Part shown: positions 34,712 to 46,800 of the stretch, one piece after another | Numbering within the stretch: the first letter of the stretch is position 1 | Layout: each line of letters opens with the position of its first letter | Virus record (IMG/VR): IMGVR_UViG_3300030103_003222 | Location: 1-64,000 of that record | Origin: a virus | Length of the DNA stretch: 64,000 nt | Strand: one strand, 5' to 3' | Translations under genes and position numbers: made by a program | Notes under the pieces: generated by a model | Told to the model about the DNA's origin: nothing | The model's database searches: none | What the model saw: only the letters and a program-made list of their open reading frames with translations

Positions 34712-35157
34712 TGGTCGCAACGTGGACTGAAGGCCTCGATGTAGTCATCGCTGTGCTGGAGGATTGGAACCGCGCCAACACGAGCAACATCAAGCCGGTC
34801 ATTGCTGACATCGCCACCGTCAACCCTGAGCGTGGGAAGCGCCTCGACATGAAAAAGTCGGACTACGTCATGTGCTACGAGACGGCGCACAACGAAGAAG
34901 CGCCTGAATTGCTCTATGACTTCGTCACGACGCGCATCAACATCACTGTTGACATGCGCACGATGCGTGGGCGTAAGCACATGCAAGCGATGGAAAACGA
35001 GGTGCGTCGCCTCATTCACACCAAGCGCAAGGGCGACGGAGTGTCGTTCGACCGCTTGGTTTTCAAAACGCGGACAGACCTGTCTGACCGCACCAAGAGC
35101 CTATTCCGCATGACCTTTCAAATCGAGGTTGTTATATTCGCGGAACTCGTGCCATAA
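34711..35157 (+). CDS. Putative tail terminator/completion protein
   Basis: Immediately before the tail tube; INITVDMRT...EVRRLI...FRMTFQIEV pattern. Confidence 0.6.
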   Translation: MVATWTEGLDVVIAVLEDWNRANTSNIKPVIADIATVNPERGKRLDMKKSDYVMCYETAHNEEAPELLYDFVTTRINITVDMRTMRGRKHMQAMENEVRRLIHTKRKGDGVSFDRLVFKTRTDLSDRTKSLFRMTFQIEVVIFAELVP

Positions 35158-35168
35158 GGTGAGCCAAC

Positions 35169-37127
35169 ATGCCGTCGACTGTCTACAAGGGTGACTTGAC
35201 CGAGGTGTCCTTCGGACACGAGACTGCACTTCGGTTGGACCACGACTACGCTGGCTCCTTCGGTTTCCAACTCACGACCGTGACCGCTGCCGACGAAACG
35301 TCGGTCATTACGTTGTCCAACGGGGCATCCGGCACGCCCGTCAACGGCGGTATTCTCAAAGTGCCCATCGGTATGCTGGTCGGTGTCAAGGTCAGCATTA
35401 TTGGCGGTGGGAACTTCACTGACGACAATGGGCGACTCTTCACGGTCATCGCTCAGACCAAGAACACGTTCACGGTGACGCCTGCTCTCAATGAAGCCAA
35501 CTTGACATCCAGCGCTGCCGGCGATGCGCTCATCTTCCACTCGCTTGCGATGCCCAGCGTTGACGTGAACTCCGGGCACAACGACAACGCAAATGCTTCG
35601 ACAGAGCGTTCGCTGCTCGACCAATTCGTCGGTCTGACGGCTACTGTGACGTTGCCCGAGACGAAGGTGGACCTCAAGCGCTATCACGTCGTTGGCCTTG
35701 GCCGCGACGTCGCTGTGCAGGTGCCGGGTCGTTTCGTCAACCAAGGTGGCTCGTTTGAGGTCAACATGCATAACCCACGCTGGCTCTATTACTGCCTCGG
35801 TATGGAGTCTGTGGACGTCGGCACGACGTATGACGCATTGTGCGACAACAACAACTACACGTTGAATGGCGCCATCAAGGCGGGTGCGACGGTCATCACC
35901 TTTGCTGGCACTGGCACTCCTGATTTCGCCAGCGTCTCTTCTCCCGTTGGAGCGGGTGATTACGTTATCATCAAAGACACGACTTCTGCTGACATCATCA
36001 CGTATCGAGAGGCTGACAGTGGGAAGAAGTTCGGTGATGCCGGCACCGCCATCAACGATTACTTCGACACCACCGAAACGAGTGAAATCCGCCGTATCGT
36101 GGCCATCACTGGGTCCAACAAAATCTTCCTTGACGGCGCTCTGCTCTTCCCCCATGCCACGGGTAAGTCGATTCGCTTTGCTCGCTTCAACAGCGATTCT
36201 ACGCAGGGAAGTCCCGACCGTGCCAGCACGGGCGCGTTGACCAACGGTGTGACCCGTCTGCTCTATTCCCGCTCTCATGTGCCATCTTTCGCCATGGAGG
36301 TCAGCATCCGACGCCGCGATAGCGATGGTGGTGACGGTGCTGGCGTGACGGACGGGGTATCGGAAACCGACGTGACTGACGAAGCCGTTGACGGTGGGAG
36401 CACCGACAACAAGCAATTGACGCGTGTGTTCCGTGGCTGCAAGGTCAAGGACTTCTCGCTCACGGCTGATACAGACGCCGCGCTGCGGCTCAACGTCAAC
36501 TTTGACTCGACGCTCTGCTACACGGACACTGGGCGGCTTGAGGCGTCCAACAAGGGCGACCGCTACGACACTCACCGCATGTTTGAGGACACGGCCAACA
36601 CCGACGCCAAGCGCAAGGAGAGCGGCATCGCTCCGGGCACGCAGAAGCCCTTCATGTTCTATAACGGGACCGTCACCTTTGCCGGTCGCCGCATTGGGCA
36701 GGTTGTCTCTTTCACACTCAACGGTAGCACGGGTGTGCAGCAGTTCTACACCATCAACGGTGCGGCTGTGACCGACGCTGCAACCGACCAAACGCCGTTC
36801 GCTGGTTCGCGCAACGCCTCGTTGTCTGTTGAGGGCAAGACCGAATACAGCATGGACATGGAAATCATCGTGGAAGACCCAGTCTTCTACCACGAGATGC
36901 GCCGCGCAGTCGGCCGCGACCCAACGACCGCTGACATGATTCGCCTGTCTTTCACCAAACCCGGCACGGCAAGCGGGCGTGAGTCGCTGGACATCATGCT
37001 GGACGACTATTACATCACGGAAGCGGGTCTGCCGATTCCTGAAGACAAGGGACCAATCCGTGCACCACTCAAGGTGCTACCCAAGGCCATTCGCGTGGTA
37101 TCGACGGACACGCTCTTCCACTGCTGA
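35169..37127 (+). CDS. Major tail tube protein with inserted domains
   Basis: YKGDLTEVSFGHE, VPSFAMEVS, RVFRGCKV, PFMFYNG; followed by chaperones and tape measure; no sheath gene recognised. Confidence 0.75.
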   Translation: MPSTVYKGDLTEVSFGHETALRLDHDYAGSFGFQLTTVTAADETSVITLSNGASGTPVNGGILKVPIGMLVGVKVSIIGGGNFTDDNGRLFTVIAQTKNTFTVTPALNEANLTSSAAGDALIFHSLAMPSVDVNSGHNDNANASTERSLLDQFVGLTATVTLPETKVDLKRYHVVGLGRDVAVQVPGRFVNQGGSFEVNMHNPRWLYYCLGMESVDVGTTYDALCDNNNYTLNGAIKAGATVITFAGTGTPDFASVSSPVGAGDYVIIKDTTSADIITYREADSGKKFGDAGTAINDYFDTTETSEIRRIVAITGSNKIFLDGALLFPHATGKSIRFARFNSDSTQGSPDRASTGALTNGVTRLLYSRSHVPSFAMEVSIRRRDSDGGDGAGVTDGVSETDVTDEAVDGGSTDNKQLTRVFRGCKVKDFSLTADTDAALRLNVNFDSTLCYTDTGRLEASNKGDRYDTHRMFEDTANTDAKRKESGIAPGTQKPFMFYNGTVTFAGRRIGQVVSFTLNGSTGVQQFYTINGAAVTDAATDQTPFAGSRNASLSVEGKTEYSMDMEIIVEDPVFYHEMRRAVGRDPTTADMIRLSFTKPGTASGRESLDIMLDDYYITEAGLPIPEDKGPIRAPLKVLPKAIRVVSTDTLFHC

Positions 37128-37136
37128 GGTGACAAC

Positions 37137-37667
37137 ATGACCGACCGATTGACTGCTTTCCATTACCGCCGCAAGACCCCTGTTGATTACGCGCACTGGT
37201 TTGCGGAGCACATCGGGGTGGAGGGTATCGTCCTCGACAGGGTGCCTCGTGAGAAGGAGCGCATCGAAGACCTTGTGTTGACCCTGACCGCCCCGCACGA
37301 GTCGGAGATTCAGCCGACCACTGAGTCGAATGACCCGGAGAACATCCCCGACACCGAGGTTGAAGACATCCCCAACAGCGAGGACTTTCCCGCTGAACTT
37401 TCCTACGATGCCATGACGCTTGTTGAACTCCGCGAAGAGTGCAAGCGCCGTGGTCTTCCCTACTACGGCACCAAGGCTGAGATTGCTCTCCGCCTAAAGC
37501 GTGACGATGAAGGGATTGAAGAGTCCACACCGACGCCGGAGGCCCCCGATGAAGAATCGGCTGCCGAGGAAGAAGTGGACGCCCCCGCTGATGAAGCGGC
37601 TGCGACCGAGGTGGAGATGAATGAAGACAGTGAGCGACAAGACCAAACTGCTGAGACAGAAGAATGA
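37137..37667 (+). CDS. Acidic protein with SAP domain
   Basis: YDAMTLVELREECKRRGLPYYGTKAEIALRL matches the SAP consensus. Confidence 0.8.
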   Translation: MTDRLTAFHYRRKTPVDYAHWFAEHIGVEGIVLDRVPREKERIEDLVLTLTAPHESEIQPTTESNDPENIPDTEVEDIPNSEDFPAELSYDAMTLVELREECKRRGLPYYGTKAEIALRLKRDDEGIEESTPTPEAPDEESAAEEEVDAPADEAAATEVEMNEDSERQDQTAETEE

Positions 37668-37992
37668 GAAGATGCACGAGATTCCTGTAGACCCCGATGA
37701 CCCAAATGTGGTCATGCGGGTGTGGGTCAGGGACATCTCATTCTTTGACATGCAGCAGGCCGCTCAAGCCATGCTCGATTTCGAGTCTGACGGTTCATTC
37801 AACATCAACCTCGCCGCCTACTGGCGCCACGCTTTCACGCACTGGATTGTCCGCTCTGAACCGGAGATGACCAGCAGCGAACTGCTTGACCTCAGAGGCG
37901 ACATCGGCCAGCGCATTTCGTCGCTGCTACCTTCGCCCAACGCGCTTGCGGAGGCGATTCAGGGAGATTTTACGCAAGGCGACAGTCAGTGA
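37621..37992 (+). CDS. Tail assembly chaperone (gpG-like)
   Basis: Position between tube and tape measure; GAGGTGGAG SD. Confidence 0.65.
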   Translation: MKTVSDKTKLLRQKNEKMHEIPVDPDDPNVVMRVWVRDISFFDMQQAAQAMLDFESDGSFNINLAAYWRHAFTHWIVRSEPEMTSSELLDLRGDIGQRISSLLPSPNALAEAIQGDFTQGDSQ

Positions 37993-38264
37993 TTGAGGCC
38001 TTCCTCAGTCGAAAGACGGTCGCCACTGCAGAAGACATGCAGATGCAATTGGAATTGTGGGCCTACATCATCGCCAAACACTACGGTATATCGTTGAAGG
38101 AAGTGCATGAGATGAGTCCTGAGACGTTCCAGCAGTCGTTGACTTGGGCCTTCGTTGGAAGGAGTCAAGAGGAAAAGGACATGAAGAGGCAGCGCCAAGA
38201 AGCAAACAGCGGGGGCCGTGAGACGGTCAGCCTCGACTATGATTGGCTCAGTGAGGACTTCTGA
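37989..38264 (+). CDS. Tail assembly chaperone, second part (gpT-like)
   Basis: IAKHYGISLKEVHEMS motif; lies in the -1 frame relative to the upstream ORF. Confidence 0.65.
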   Translation: MIEAFLSRKTVATAEDMQMQLELWAYIIAKHYGISLKEVHEMSPETFQQSLTWAFVGRSQEEKDMKRQRQEANSGGRETVSLDYDWLSEDF

Positions 38265-39601
38265 TGGTGGGACTTTCAGCGATTGCCAGCCTTGGGGCCA
38301 GCGTAGGTGCGCTTGGCGGTGCTCTGAGCAGTGCCTCATCTCTACTCGCGGGTATTGGGCAAAGCGTGAAAAAAGCGGGGCAGGCAATTAAGCAATCATT
38401 TGGCGAGGCAAAGGACTTCATCATCGAAAAGTTTGAGGGCATCAAGACGTGGTGGCAGGACAACGTCGTGCCAATTTGGCAGACACTGTCTGACGCGGCT
38501 ATGCCCATCATTCAGTCTGTCGTTGACTTCTTCACCACTACGTTCGGCTCAGGTTTTGATTTACTTAAGGCAGCATGGGAATCAGTCACCGGAGTGCTTA
38601 GCGTCACATGGAATGCTGTTGTCCAGCCCCTCATCGAACTCTTCACTGGTTCATTCACGGGCGGCATGGCGCTGCTGCAGGGTGATTTCAGCGGTGCGAT
38701 GGAGGCAGTAAAGGGCATTTGGGACAACGTCGTGATGCCGCTTATCCAGCCGTTTGTTGACTCGTTCAAGACAGGTTTGGCTCTCGTTAAGGGTGACTGG
38801 GATGGCGTCATTACGGGCCTCAAGGCCGTGTGGGATGGCACCATCGGTCCCTTGGTCAGTGCGTTTGTCGACCCGTTCCTGAACGCTCTGAGCAGCATTC
38901 GTGAGCGATGGAGTGAGATGACTAAAACCATGCGTGAGCGGTTCGGTTTTATTGACGCCATCTTCACCAAACTGGAAGAGTTCAAGGCCAAGTTCGACTT
39001 CATTCGCGACAACTGGTCACTCATCATAAACGCCATGAAAACGCGTTTTGAGAAGTTCATTGAACCCCTCAAGGACAAACTCGCAGGGCCTGTTGAGAAA
39101 CTGAAAGACAAGATGGAGATTGTCAAAACGCGCTTCAGCGAACTCAAGACCAGCATGGAAGATTTTCGAGATACGCTTGTGGATGCCTTTGAGACTCACA
39201 TTCAACCGAAGTTCGAGAAACTCAAGGAACTGATTGACGACATCAAAACGGGTTATGACAACATCAAGGGCTTTGTTGGCGATACCAAGGACAACATCTT
39301 GGGAAGAAGCGAAGGGGGTGGCGGCGGATTCTCTGCTGGAGGTGTCGCTTCAGGGCCAACAAGTGGCTACACTGCTACACTTCACGGCACAGAAGCCATC
39401 GTTCCTCTACCGAACGGGAGGTCCATTCCAGTGGAAATGAAGGGTGATGCCGCAGGTTCGCAGACGTTCAACATCACCGTCAACGCCAGCGGCATCACAG
39501 ACCGCAGCGACAAACGCCAGTTGGCGCGTGAAATTGGCAACATGTTGCAGCAAGAAGTCGCCCGTGCCGTGGGCGGTAGCACCACACGAGGGAGGTTCTG
39601 A
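38264..39601 (+). CDS. Tape measure protein (short, 445 aa)
   Basis: W/F-periodic amphipathic helical repeats; C-terminal FSAGGVASGP...LHGTEAIVPL. Confidence 0.85.
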   Translation: MVGLSAIASLGASVGALGGALSSASSLLAGIGQSVKKAGQAIKQSFGEAKDFIIEKFEGIKTWWQDNVVPIWQTLSDAAMPIIQSVVDFFTTTFGSGFDLLKAAWESVTGVLSVTWNAVVQPLIELFTGSFTGGMALLQGDFSGAMEAVKGIWDNVVMPLIQPFVDSFKTGLALVKGDWDGVITGLKAVWDGTIGPLVSAFVDPFLNALSSIRERWSEMTKTMRERFGFIDAIFTKLEEFKAKFDFIRDNWSLIINAMKTRFEKFIEPLKDKLAGPVEKLKDKMEIVKTRFSELKTSMEDFRDTLVDAFETHIQPKFEKLKELIDDIKTGYDNIKGFVGDTKDNILGRSEGGGGGFSAGGVASGPTSGYTATLHGTEAIVPLPNGRSIPVEMKGDAAGSQTFNITVNASGITDRSDKRQLAREIGNMLQQEVARAVGGSTTRGRF

Positions 39602-39603
39602 AC

Positions 39604-40863
39604 ATGAATCAACCAGTGCGTATTCTGTTCAGCAATCAGAAGAAGATGGACGAGCACTATCCCGGTGGAATGGAACTCATGGCGACGTCCATTCAGATGG
39701 ACGTTGAGCGGAAGTTCAACCCAATTCCCATTCCGCTTGGGGGTGGCGCTCGATTCGGCATTGACATGAACAGCGTCAACAGTGCCATTCAGATTGAGGG
39801 CGTTCTGACTGACGATGACCCAGCAGGGCGCACCGTTAGTGGAACCAAAGCCGTGGCTGAAATTGACGTTGCATTCGACTCTTCAAGCAAGGTCGCGGTT
39901 GGTGCCCTACAGGCCGTCACAACATCGAATTATGCTTCTGCAAAAGGCATTGGAATCAGCGTAGGTGGAGTGGAGTGGAGAATCTTCCTCAGCGAAACAC
40001 ATGGCTCCGCCAGCATTGGTGACGTCAGTTTCGAGTCACTCACTCTTGGAACGTCTGCACGCACAGCAAACGTGCGTATTTTCGTTAGTTCAGGCCCAAC
40101 ATACGCCACTGCCCCGCAGGTAGCAACGGCTATTGCATCCGCCATCAACAACACAACTCAAAGCGGTTGGGAAATGCCCTTCACTGCCTCAGTTCTGACG
40201 TCAAAACTCAAACCGTCTGTGGGTGCCACGCTTGTCTCAATTGAATACGACGAAGTCGGGAGCGCTGGAAACGACGCCGTCCTCTCTCAATCTTCGTTGA
40301 CTTCCCGAGCCTTGGGTTCGCCTTTTAAGTTTCAGAGCAGAGACTTTAGCGGCGGTCGAGACAAGTCCAGTGCTTTTGCCCGCTCTGCTGGTGACAAACT
40401 GCAGGACCTCTACGGTATCGTCCACAATACGCAGAAGCCCGGCTCTTCTATCGTCGCTGGTGCGGCTATTGGAGCCGGTGCTGCTGCCTTGACAGTCGCT
40501 ACTGGTGGGGCTGCGGCTATTGCTGGTGCAGCCTTATTCGGTAGTAGTGCGGGTTATTTGGCGGGTGGAGGACTGGCTCTTTTCGTAGATGGCGACTACC
40601 CCAGTCAACTCATCATTCCGTATAATTCGATGCTTACGGCAGACAGCGGTGAACTGTATTCGGTGCGCCATCTTCGTCTTGCTCTTGGGCTTGGGAAGAG
40701 AAGAGAAGACAAATTGTCAACGACAAACACGAGCACGAAGCAAAATGATGGAGACGACATTGCCATCCGTGGGGGTATCAAGAGCCTGACGTTGGGCCAT
40801 CAGGCGGGTGAAACCATTTACTCCTTCCGTATGACCTACCTGCCCGTCAACATTCTACTGTGA
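39604..40863 (+). CDS. Distal tail/baseplate-like protein
   Basis: Follows the TMP; IQIEGVLTD and YSFRMTY; internal Gly/Ala hydrophobic stretch. Confidence 0.55.
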   Translation: MNQPVRILFSNQKKMDEHYPGGMELMATSIQMDVERKFNPIPIPLGGGARFGIDMNSVNSAIQIEGVLTDDDPAGRTVSGTKAVAEIDVAFDSSSKVAVGALQAVTTSNYASAKGIGISVGGVEWRIFLSETHGSASIGDVSFESLTLGTSARTANVRIFVSSGPTYATAPQVATAIASAINNTTQSGWEMPFTASVLTSKLKPSVGATLVSIEYDEVGSAGNDAVLSQSSLTSRALGSPFKFQSRDFSGGRDKSSAFARSAGDKLQDLYGIVHNTQKPGSSIVAGAAIGAGAAALTVATGGAAAIAGAALFGSSAGYLAGGGLALFVDGDYPSQLIIPYNSMLTADSGELYSVRHLRLALGLGKRREDKLSTTNTSTKQNDGDDIAIRGGIKSLTLGHQAGETIYSFRMTYLPVNILL

Positions 40864-40872
40864 GGTGATACC

Positions 40873-43800
40873 GTGCCCATCATGCTCCAGTCCAATCACG
40901 CGCTGTTGTTTGACGGCGTGACGGATTCGGTCATCATCCCACAGGGGCGCAACAGCCGGGTCGGGGAGAAGTCAGAGCAGGGCGACATCGTTTCGACCAA
41001 CCTGCTTGGTGAAGACCTCAGCGGAGAACGGGGGCAAGGGCTGATTGGCGACTTGTTCGACCGAGGCTTCGCGATTGAGGCGTGGGTCACGCCTGACTGT
41101 GGTGGACGTGTTGTGCAGAAAGACGGTCAGTTTCTCCTAAGCGTTGGTGACGTCGACACGCCCGGACCAGCGGTGTTTGAACTCAACGTGGTAAGCGATG
41201 TTGGGCTTGAGAAGGTCATTCTCCGAACAGCCGTGGAGACAACTGCTGGTTATGACGGCACCGTCTATCCTGTCAACACGTTTGGTGGAGTTGACGATGC
41301 CTTCAATCGCTTCAACAGTGATGATGATGGCACCGCGCTGACGTTGTCGCAGCGTCCGCTTTTGCATCTCGTCGCTGGTGTTCGTGAGGGCAAGGTTGTG
41401 CTTTTCGTCAACGGTGTGTTGATGGCCTCGCAGGAATTGTCACAGGAGTTTGTGCTCAACAGCAGCAACGAGCCAGTCTTCATCGGCGGACACGGCGGGC
41501 AGTTTCGCGGCATTATCGAATCGCTGCACATCTCATCAGCGTTTTCTGATGAGATGACGACCCGCAGTGCACCATTGGTCAGTAGTAGAACGGCCTGTTT
41601 GATGCGCTTTGAAGAGCCGATTTCGCCTATCAGCGGCACCTATACGTTCAGCAGCATCGGTAGTTCCAGCGGTCTTTCAACGCTCAACATCGGCACCACA
41701 ACGGCTGCCTCATTGGCCAGTGCTCTGACAGGAAAGACACAGACATCAGGCACGGTTGATTTCACCAAGACCCCCTATTCGACAGGTGACTACAGCGTCG
41801 TTGACTTCACGACTTCACCGGGCACAAAGCGCACGCACCTTGTCCCCCATGTGCCGTTTAACCTCCTCATCAATCCCGGTGCTGTCAAGCGCAGCACCAT
41901 GAAGCCGAACCAATCTCCGCCTGAGCGCGTCCGGCTGCTCTCAATCGACCTCGGTGCTGGCACAGCACTGGTCAGTAGCGTCCACCTCGATTTCGTCAAC
42001 AGCACGCACGACAGTCGCGATGTCCCGTCGCTGCATGACGGATTGCGACCAGTGCTTCACAGCCGTAGTTCTGCGACGGGCGATGATTACTTCGTCGTCA
42101 TCACTGGTGACAGCCTCATTGAAAACGGCTCAGGGCGCCCCTATCAGCCGCCTCATTTTTCCACTCAGATTGTCGACCGCACAGGTCAGATGGTGCTCGA
42201 TGAGGGGCATTTCGAGCAACACGGTATTGTGTATTCCGACCGCATGGCCACGACAGCAAGTGACAGCGACAACCCGTTCGCTGTGACGTGGCCGAGCACG
42301 CTTGACGCGTCGTTTCAAGTCGGGCACAGCGGACGCCACACGCTAAACCACGTCCAAGGGCACCACTACCTACGTCAGATGGCCGACCCGCAAGAGGAGA
42401 TTCTCGACCAGCGTATTGACGCCGCCGATGTGCTGACGTTGATTTATGACGCAGCATCGAAGGGCATTGACAAGCAGTTCCCGATGAACTCACGCGTCGA
42501 CTATTACCGCGAACTGGGCACTCTACCACTTCTCACCGTCGTTTCTTCTTCCACCGCCTATGAGGAGGTGGATAACGGTTTGACGGGCGCATCTCGCGAC
42601 CTTATCGCCATCGGTGGGCTAAGCGGAGGGTTGAGGTTTGACCCTTCGCCGTTCTTCCTCAAAGGCCCTGTGCCCGAAGATTACGCGAACGTCGATGCCG
42701 AACTGCGCAAGCATCACTTGAGGCCATCAGCGACTTCGCGTATTGCGGTGTTGGAGGTCAGCGGTCTGTCGAGTTACGGCATGTCCCCATACGTTGAGAT
42801 TCACTATAACGCCATTGACCTCACTGGCGCGAGCATGGGCAAGACAGCGCCTATGCTGATGGTGGAGAAGACTATACCAGCGGCCAACACGTTGCTCTCA
42901 GGTTCGACGTATGTGCTTGACGTCATCGAAACTGCGTTGTCATCAGGCGCTACGTTGCACGCTCCCGGTGGCGTCATTTCCTTTGGCGCACCAAGTGACA
43001 GCGCGATGTCCCAGTTCTTTGCTTCAAATACTCTGATGGGTGACAACAGCGAAGGTTTCGAGAGTGACGATGAATTGGATGAGCGGTTCACGCCTCAAAA
43101 TTACTCGACCATCGTTGCCAATCAACCGCGTAAGCCACCTCAAAACATCGCTGCATCGCACACCACAGCAACCCATGAGTCGCAGTTCAACAGGCTTGTG
43201 ATACAGCAAATCGACGCCCCAACCGAGACGTTCACCAATCGTCGTGCTGTCCACACTGACCACACCTCTCCAAGCAACGGTCAGTTCGACGTTGGGCGCA
43301 CAGCAAGCGCGAGCAACGTGCACGAGATGTTCGACATCATCGACAACCACGCTGTGCTCTCTCCAAACGTCAAAGCGCGGTATTTCGTTCAGCCCTCAAA
43401 TCGCACGCGCACGCGACAACTGACGTATGCCCGTGGCGCTTTCACTCGTCCTGACGACTTCAACGTGGCCAAGGTCATGTTGCTTATGTCCCCCATGCGA
43501 CTCCGCTCTGTCGCTGAAGATGAGAGCGATGAGGGTAGCCGCGCCACCATTGTTCGCTGCGTGGGTATGAACGCTGACGCGATGACCCGTGATGTCAGTG
43601 AGATTGGCTCAGGTAGCCCCAACTCGCATGTCGTCAAGGAAATTGAGCCAAACGCACCCGTCGTCACTGTGACGCTCGGTGGGGTTGGTCAAGGAGCCTA
43701 TGACACCAAACCTACGTTCGACCCAAGCCCAATGGCTCGTCTGCCCTACAGCACGAGGCGTGGTTATTCGGTGTATGCGACTTCGGCTCGTGTTGATTTG

Positions 43801-46800
43801 AGCGCTTCGCCACAGAACTTCCTGAACGTCGTGGCGCTCAACAACGACACAGACGACCTCAAAACTTGGGCGACATACCCCTTCCCGAAGAAGGGACGCA
43901 TCTATCTGAAGACGGGCGCCAGTGCAGAATACGCCAACAAAACGGGTGTCTCGTTCCACTTCGCCAACGCTTCAATCGGCAGTGGCACCTACGTCTTGTC
44001 CGATGGGCGCGAGGTGGCATCGTTCCACGAATGGGTCGTTGGCTCGGGCCTCATCCCTCAAGCATCTTCTCTGTCGGGCACGAACAGCGATGTCTACCCA
44101 CTGGGCGAGGTCATCCTTGGCGACGGTCACTTCTTTGCTGAGAATGCCGCAGACGATGGCACGACAGTCAACGACCGTATGTTCCAGTCCATGGATAACG
44201 TCACGCACGATTATCAGTTGGGCACGCAGTTTGCCAGCACCCGTGCGTTGGTGGAGATTCCGCTGTTCAACGCGCAGTTTTTTGAGAACGTGAGCGAGGG
44301 CGTTCTACCCGGTCCCGATAACTCGTTGAAACTCCACGTCGACCCGACCATGACGGCGCACACGTGGAATCCGTCACCAGTCGGTCGCCGCTTCCCTGAG
44401 AAGGCACCAAGCGACCGCTCCGCCCGTGGTGCCTACGCCTATGCTGCCGAGAACTCGGAGCAAGTGCGTGGTGCGACTATCATCCACAAAGCGGAGATTG
44501 TCAGCGGCAAATACCGACTATACGTCGACAAGCCGGAAATCTTCCCTGCAGCCGTCACGTCGGCAGGTGCGTTCTCTTACGTCACCAACGTCGTGCGCTA
44601 CCGCCGTGCCTTCCTCAGCAACGGTGAGTGGGTTATCTATGAGAACGACCCGGCTGCGAATGGTTTTCTCCGATTTGAGGACGAAGACTGGTCTACGTCT
44701 GAGAACTTCCTGCGCGACTACGAGGTAGGACACTCGCTGATGACGGCGGGCGGTTATGAGTCTGAAGCACTCGTGCCAATGGAGAGTGACATCCTCACCT
44801 CGTCCTCAGCCATGGAGCGGCGCAGCGAATATTACCACGACTCTGCAAGCGTCAAGACACAGGGTGGCAACGTCGATTACGGGCTACGCCAATACGTCAG
44901 CGCTGTTGAGTTCAAGGCCGGTCCAAAGTCAAACCCACACGCAAATCGAACGGTGGCTAAACGTGCCAGTGGGACTGTGCTGTCGGTCACGCCGCTGGGC
45001 ACAACGGCAAATTTCGGTGGCCTCGTTCTGCTGACGTTCTCCGAAGAGGACTTCGCAAAGTTCCCCAAGGTGCCCGTGCCTACCGACACGAACAATCTCA
45101 TCACATTCACGACTGGCGACTACCACTACGAACTAACGGTGCCGTCGCCCGACGGTAGCATTCGTCGCTTCATCTATTGGGGCAGTGCGGCGAACGTAGG
45201 ATTGCGGTCATCCGACATGACGCCTGAAAATCTCGGCACGTCAATCGTTGTGCAGCCTGTTTTCACGGCATTGGCTGCGACGACACCAAACTACCTACTC
45301 GCAACATCAGCCGACTTCATCGCGGGTGAAAAGGCCACGCTCACCAAGCGTTCGTTTGACATTGGCTTCAGCGTGAACCCAGTCGATGTTGCCTTAGAAA
45401 CCACACTCAACATCAGCGACTCATTCCGACCGGGTGGCACAGGTGTTCGGAAATCATGGACAGTCGCAAACGTCGCATCGACGAGCAGCATGACTGTGAC
45501 TAACACCAGTTCGCTGTTCCTACAGTCCAACACCTTGGGGCTGACAGTGAAAGTCAACGACTACCTCTACGCTGAAACCAACACCGGTAGCGCTGTGACC
45601 GTAGTGCGCTACCTTGGTCGAGTGACGGCGATTGCTGACTATTCGGCTTCATCCTCTCTACCTCTCACCATCACGCTCGATGGCAGCATGACGTCAGCCA
45701 CGCAATCCAACATCAACAGCGAGATTGCAGGTGGAAGCCTCACCATCCACCTCAGAGTCGGATGTCACGACGTGATGAAGAATGACGATGAGGCTGTGCT
45801 CAACCGTCAGTGGCTGTCTCCATATGCGCAGGGTGGTCTGCGCCATGGGGACACCGTGTGGGCGAACATGACGTATAACAACCCGCACGCCGTAGAGGGT
45901 ATGTTCGCCAAGAGCCGTGGTGTCTTCAACGAAGCCTTGGTGTGGACCGGCTTCAACGACGGCGACGGCTCTTTGACAACCAGCGCACGCACAAGCATTC
46001 CGCTTGAGAACTTCTTGATTGGTGACTCTTGCCTTGAGACAGCGCAGAATTATGCGCAGCACGTCAACAAGACAATTGAACTGAACTACACCAATCTCGG
46101 CTTGTCGACCGACCTTGCACCCAAGGTCGCGTTTGTCGACCCTTACCTTGCCAACGAAGAGCACGCTCGGGTGTTGCTCTACGACGTGGCGCACGACCGA
46201 GAGTTCGTCGCTTTCCAAGACCTACACATGCAAGTGCAAACCAGCGCCAAAGTGGCAGAGATTGGTTGGCAGCGCGAGTTCACAGCCACCAATATTGTTG
46301 ACTCCAGCACGGAGATTGACCTTGTGCCTTATTCGATTGGCTTTAACGGAGCCAGTCAACACGCCTTCCTGACGCAAATTGACGTTGCCGCTGGCTTCCT
46401 TTCGCAGAACAAATACGCACGCTCGACAATTCGTTCTCGCTTCATGGAGAGCGCCTATGCCCACGACATCGCGAATCACGTCGCAATATCGCTGCTCAAC
46501 CCCATCGCAAGTGGGACTGCGCCGACAAACATCGTCCGTAGCCTGACCAACGTGACGCGTATCGCTCAGTTTGGCAAGGCGCATGGACACTTTGTGCACA
46601 CTGGCTACCACAAGGCAGGCCCATTCGGCAACCGCTCGCTTGGTGACAGCATTCTCCCACGCACCACAGATGGCTCTGCTATTCCGTATTGGGCTGACAA
46701 GATGCACACCTACACGCGCACGTCATTCAGCGACACGGGTAGTTTCTTGCTCAAACTACGTGAGCATCGAGAGAGCGTCACAGGTGCATCTTTCCGCGAC

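Noticed and set aside
35118-36893. Long minus-strand ORFs (e.g. 591 aa here; also 32420-33352, 21795-22595, 15686-16447)
   Set aside because: Antisense shadows of well-supported + strand genes with biased codon usage; no motifs or SD sites.
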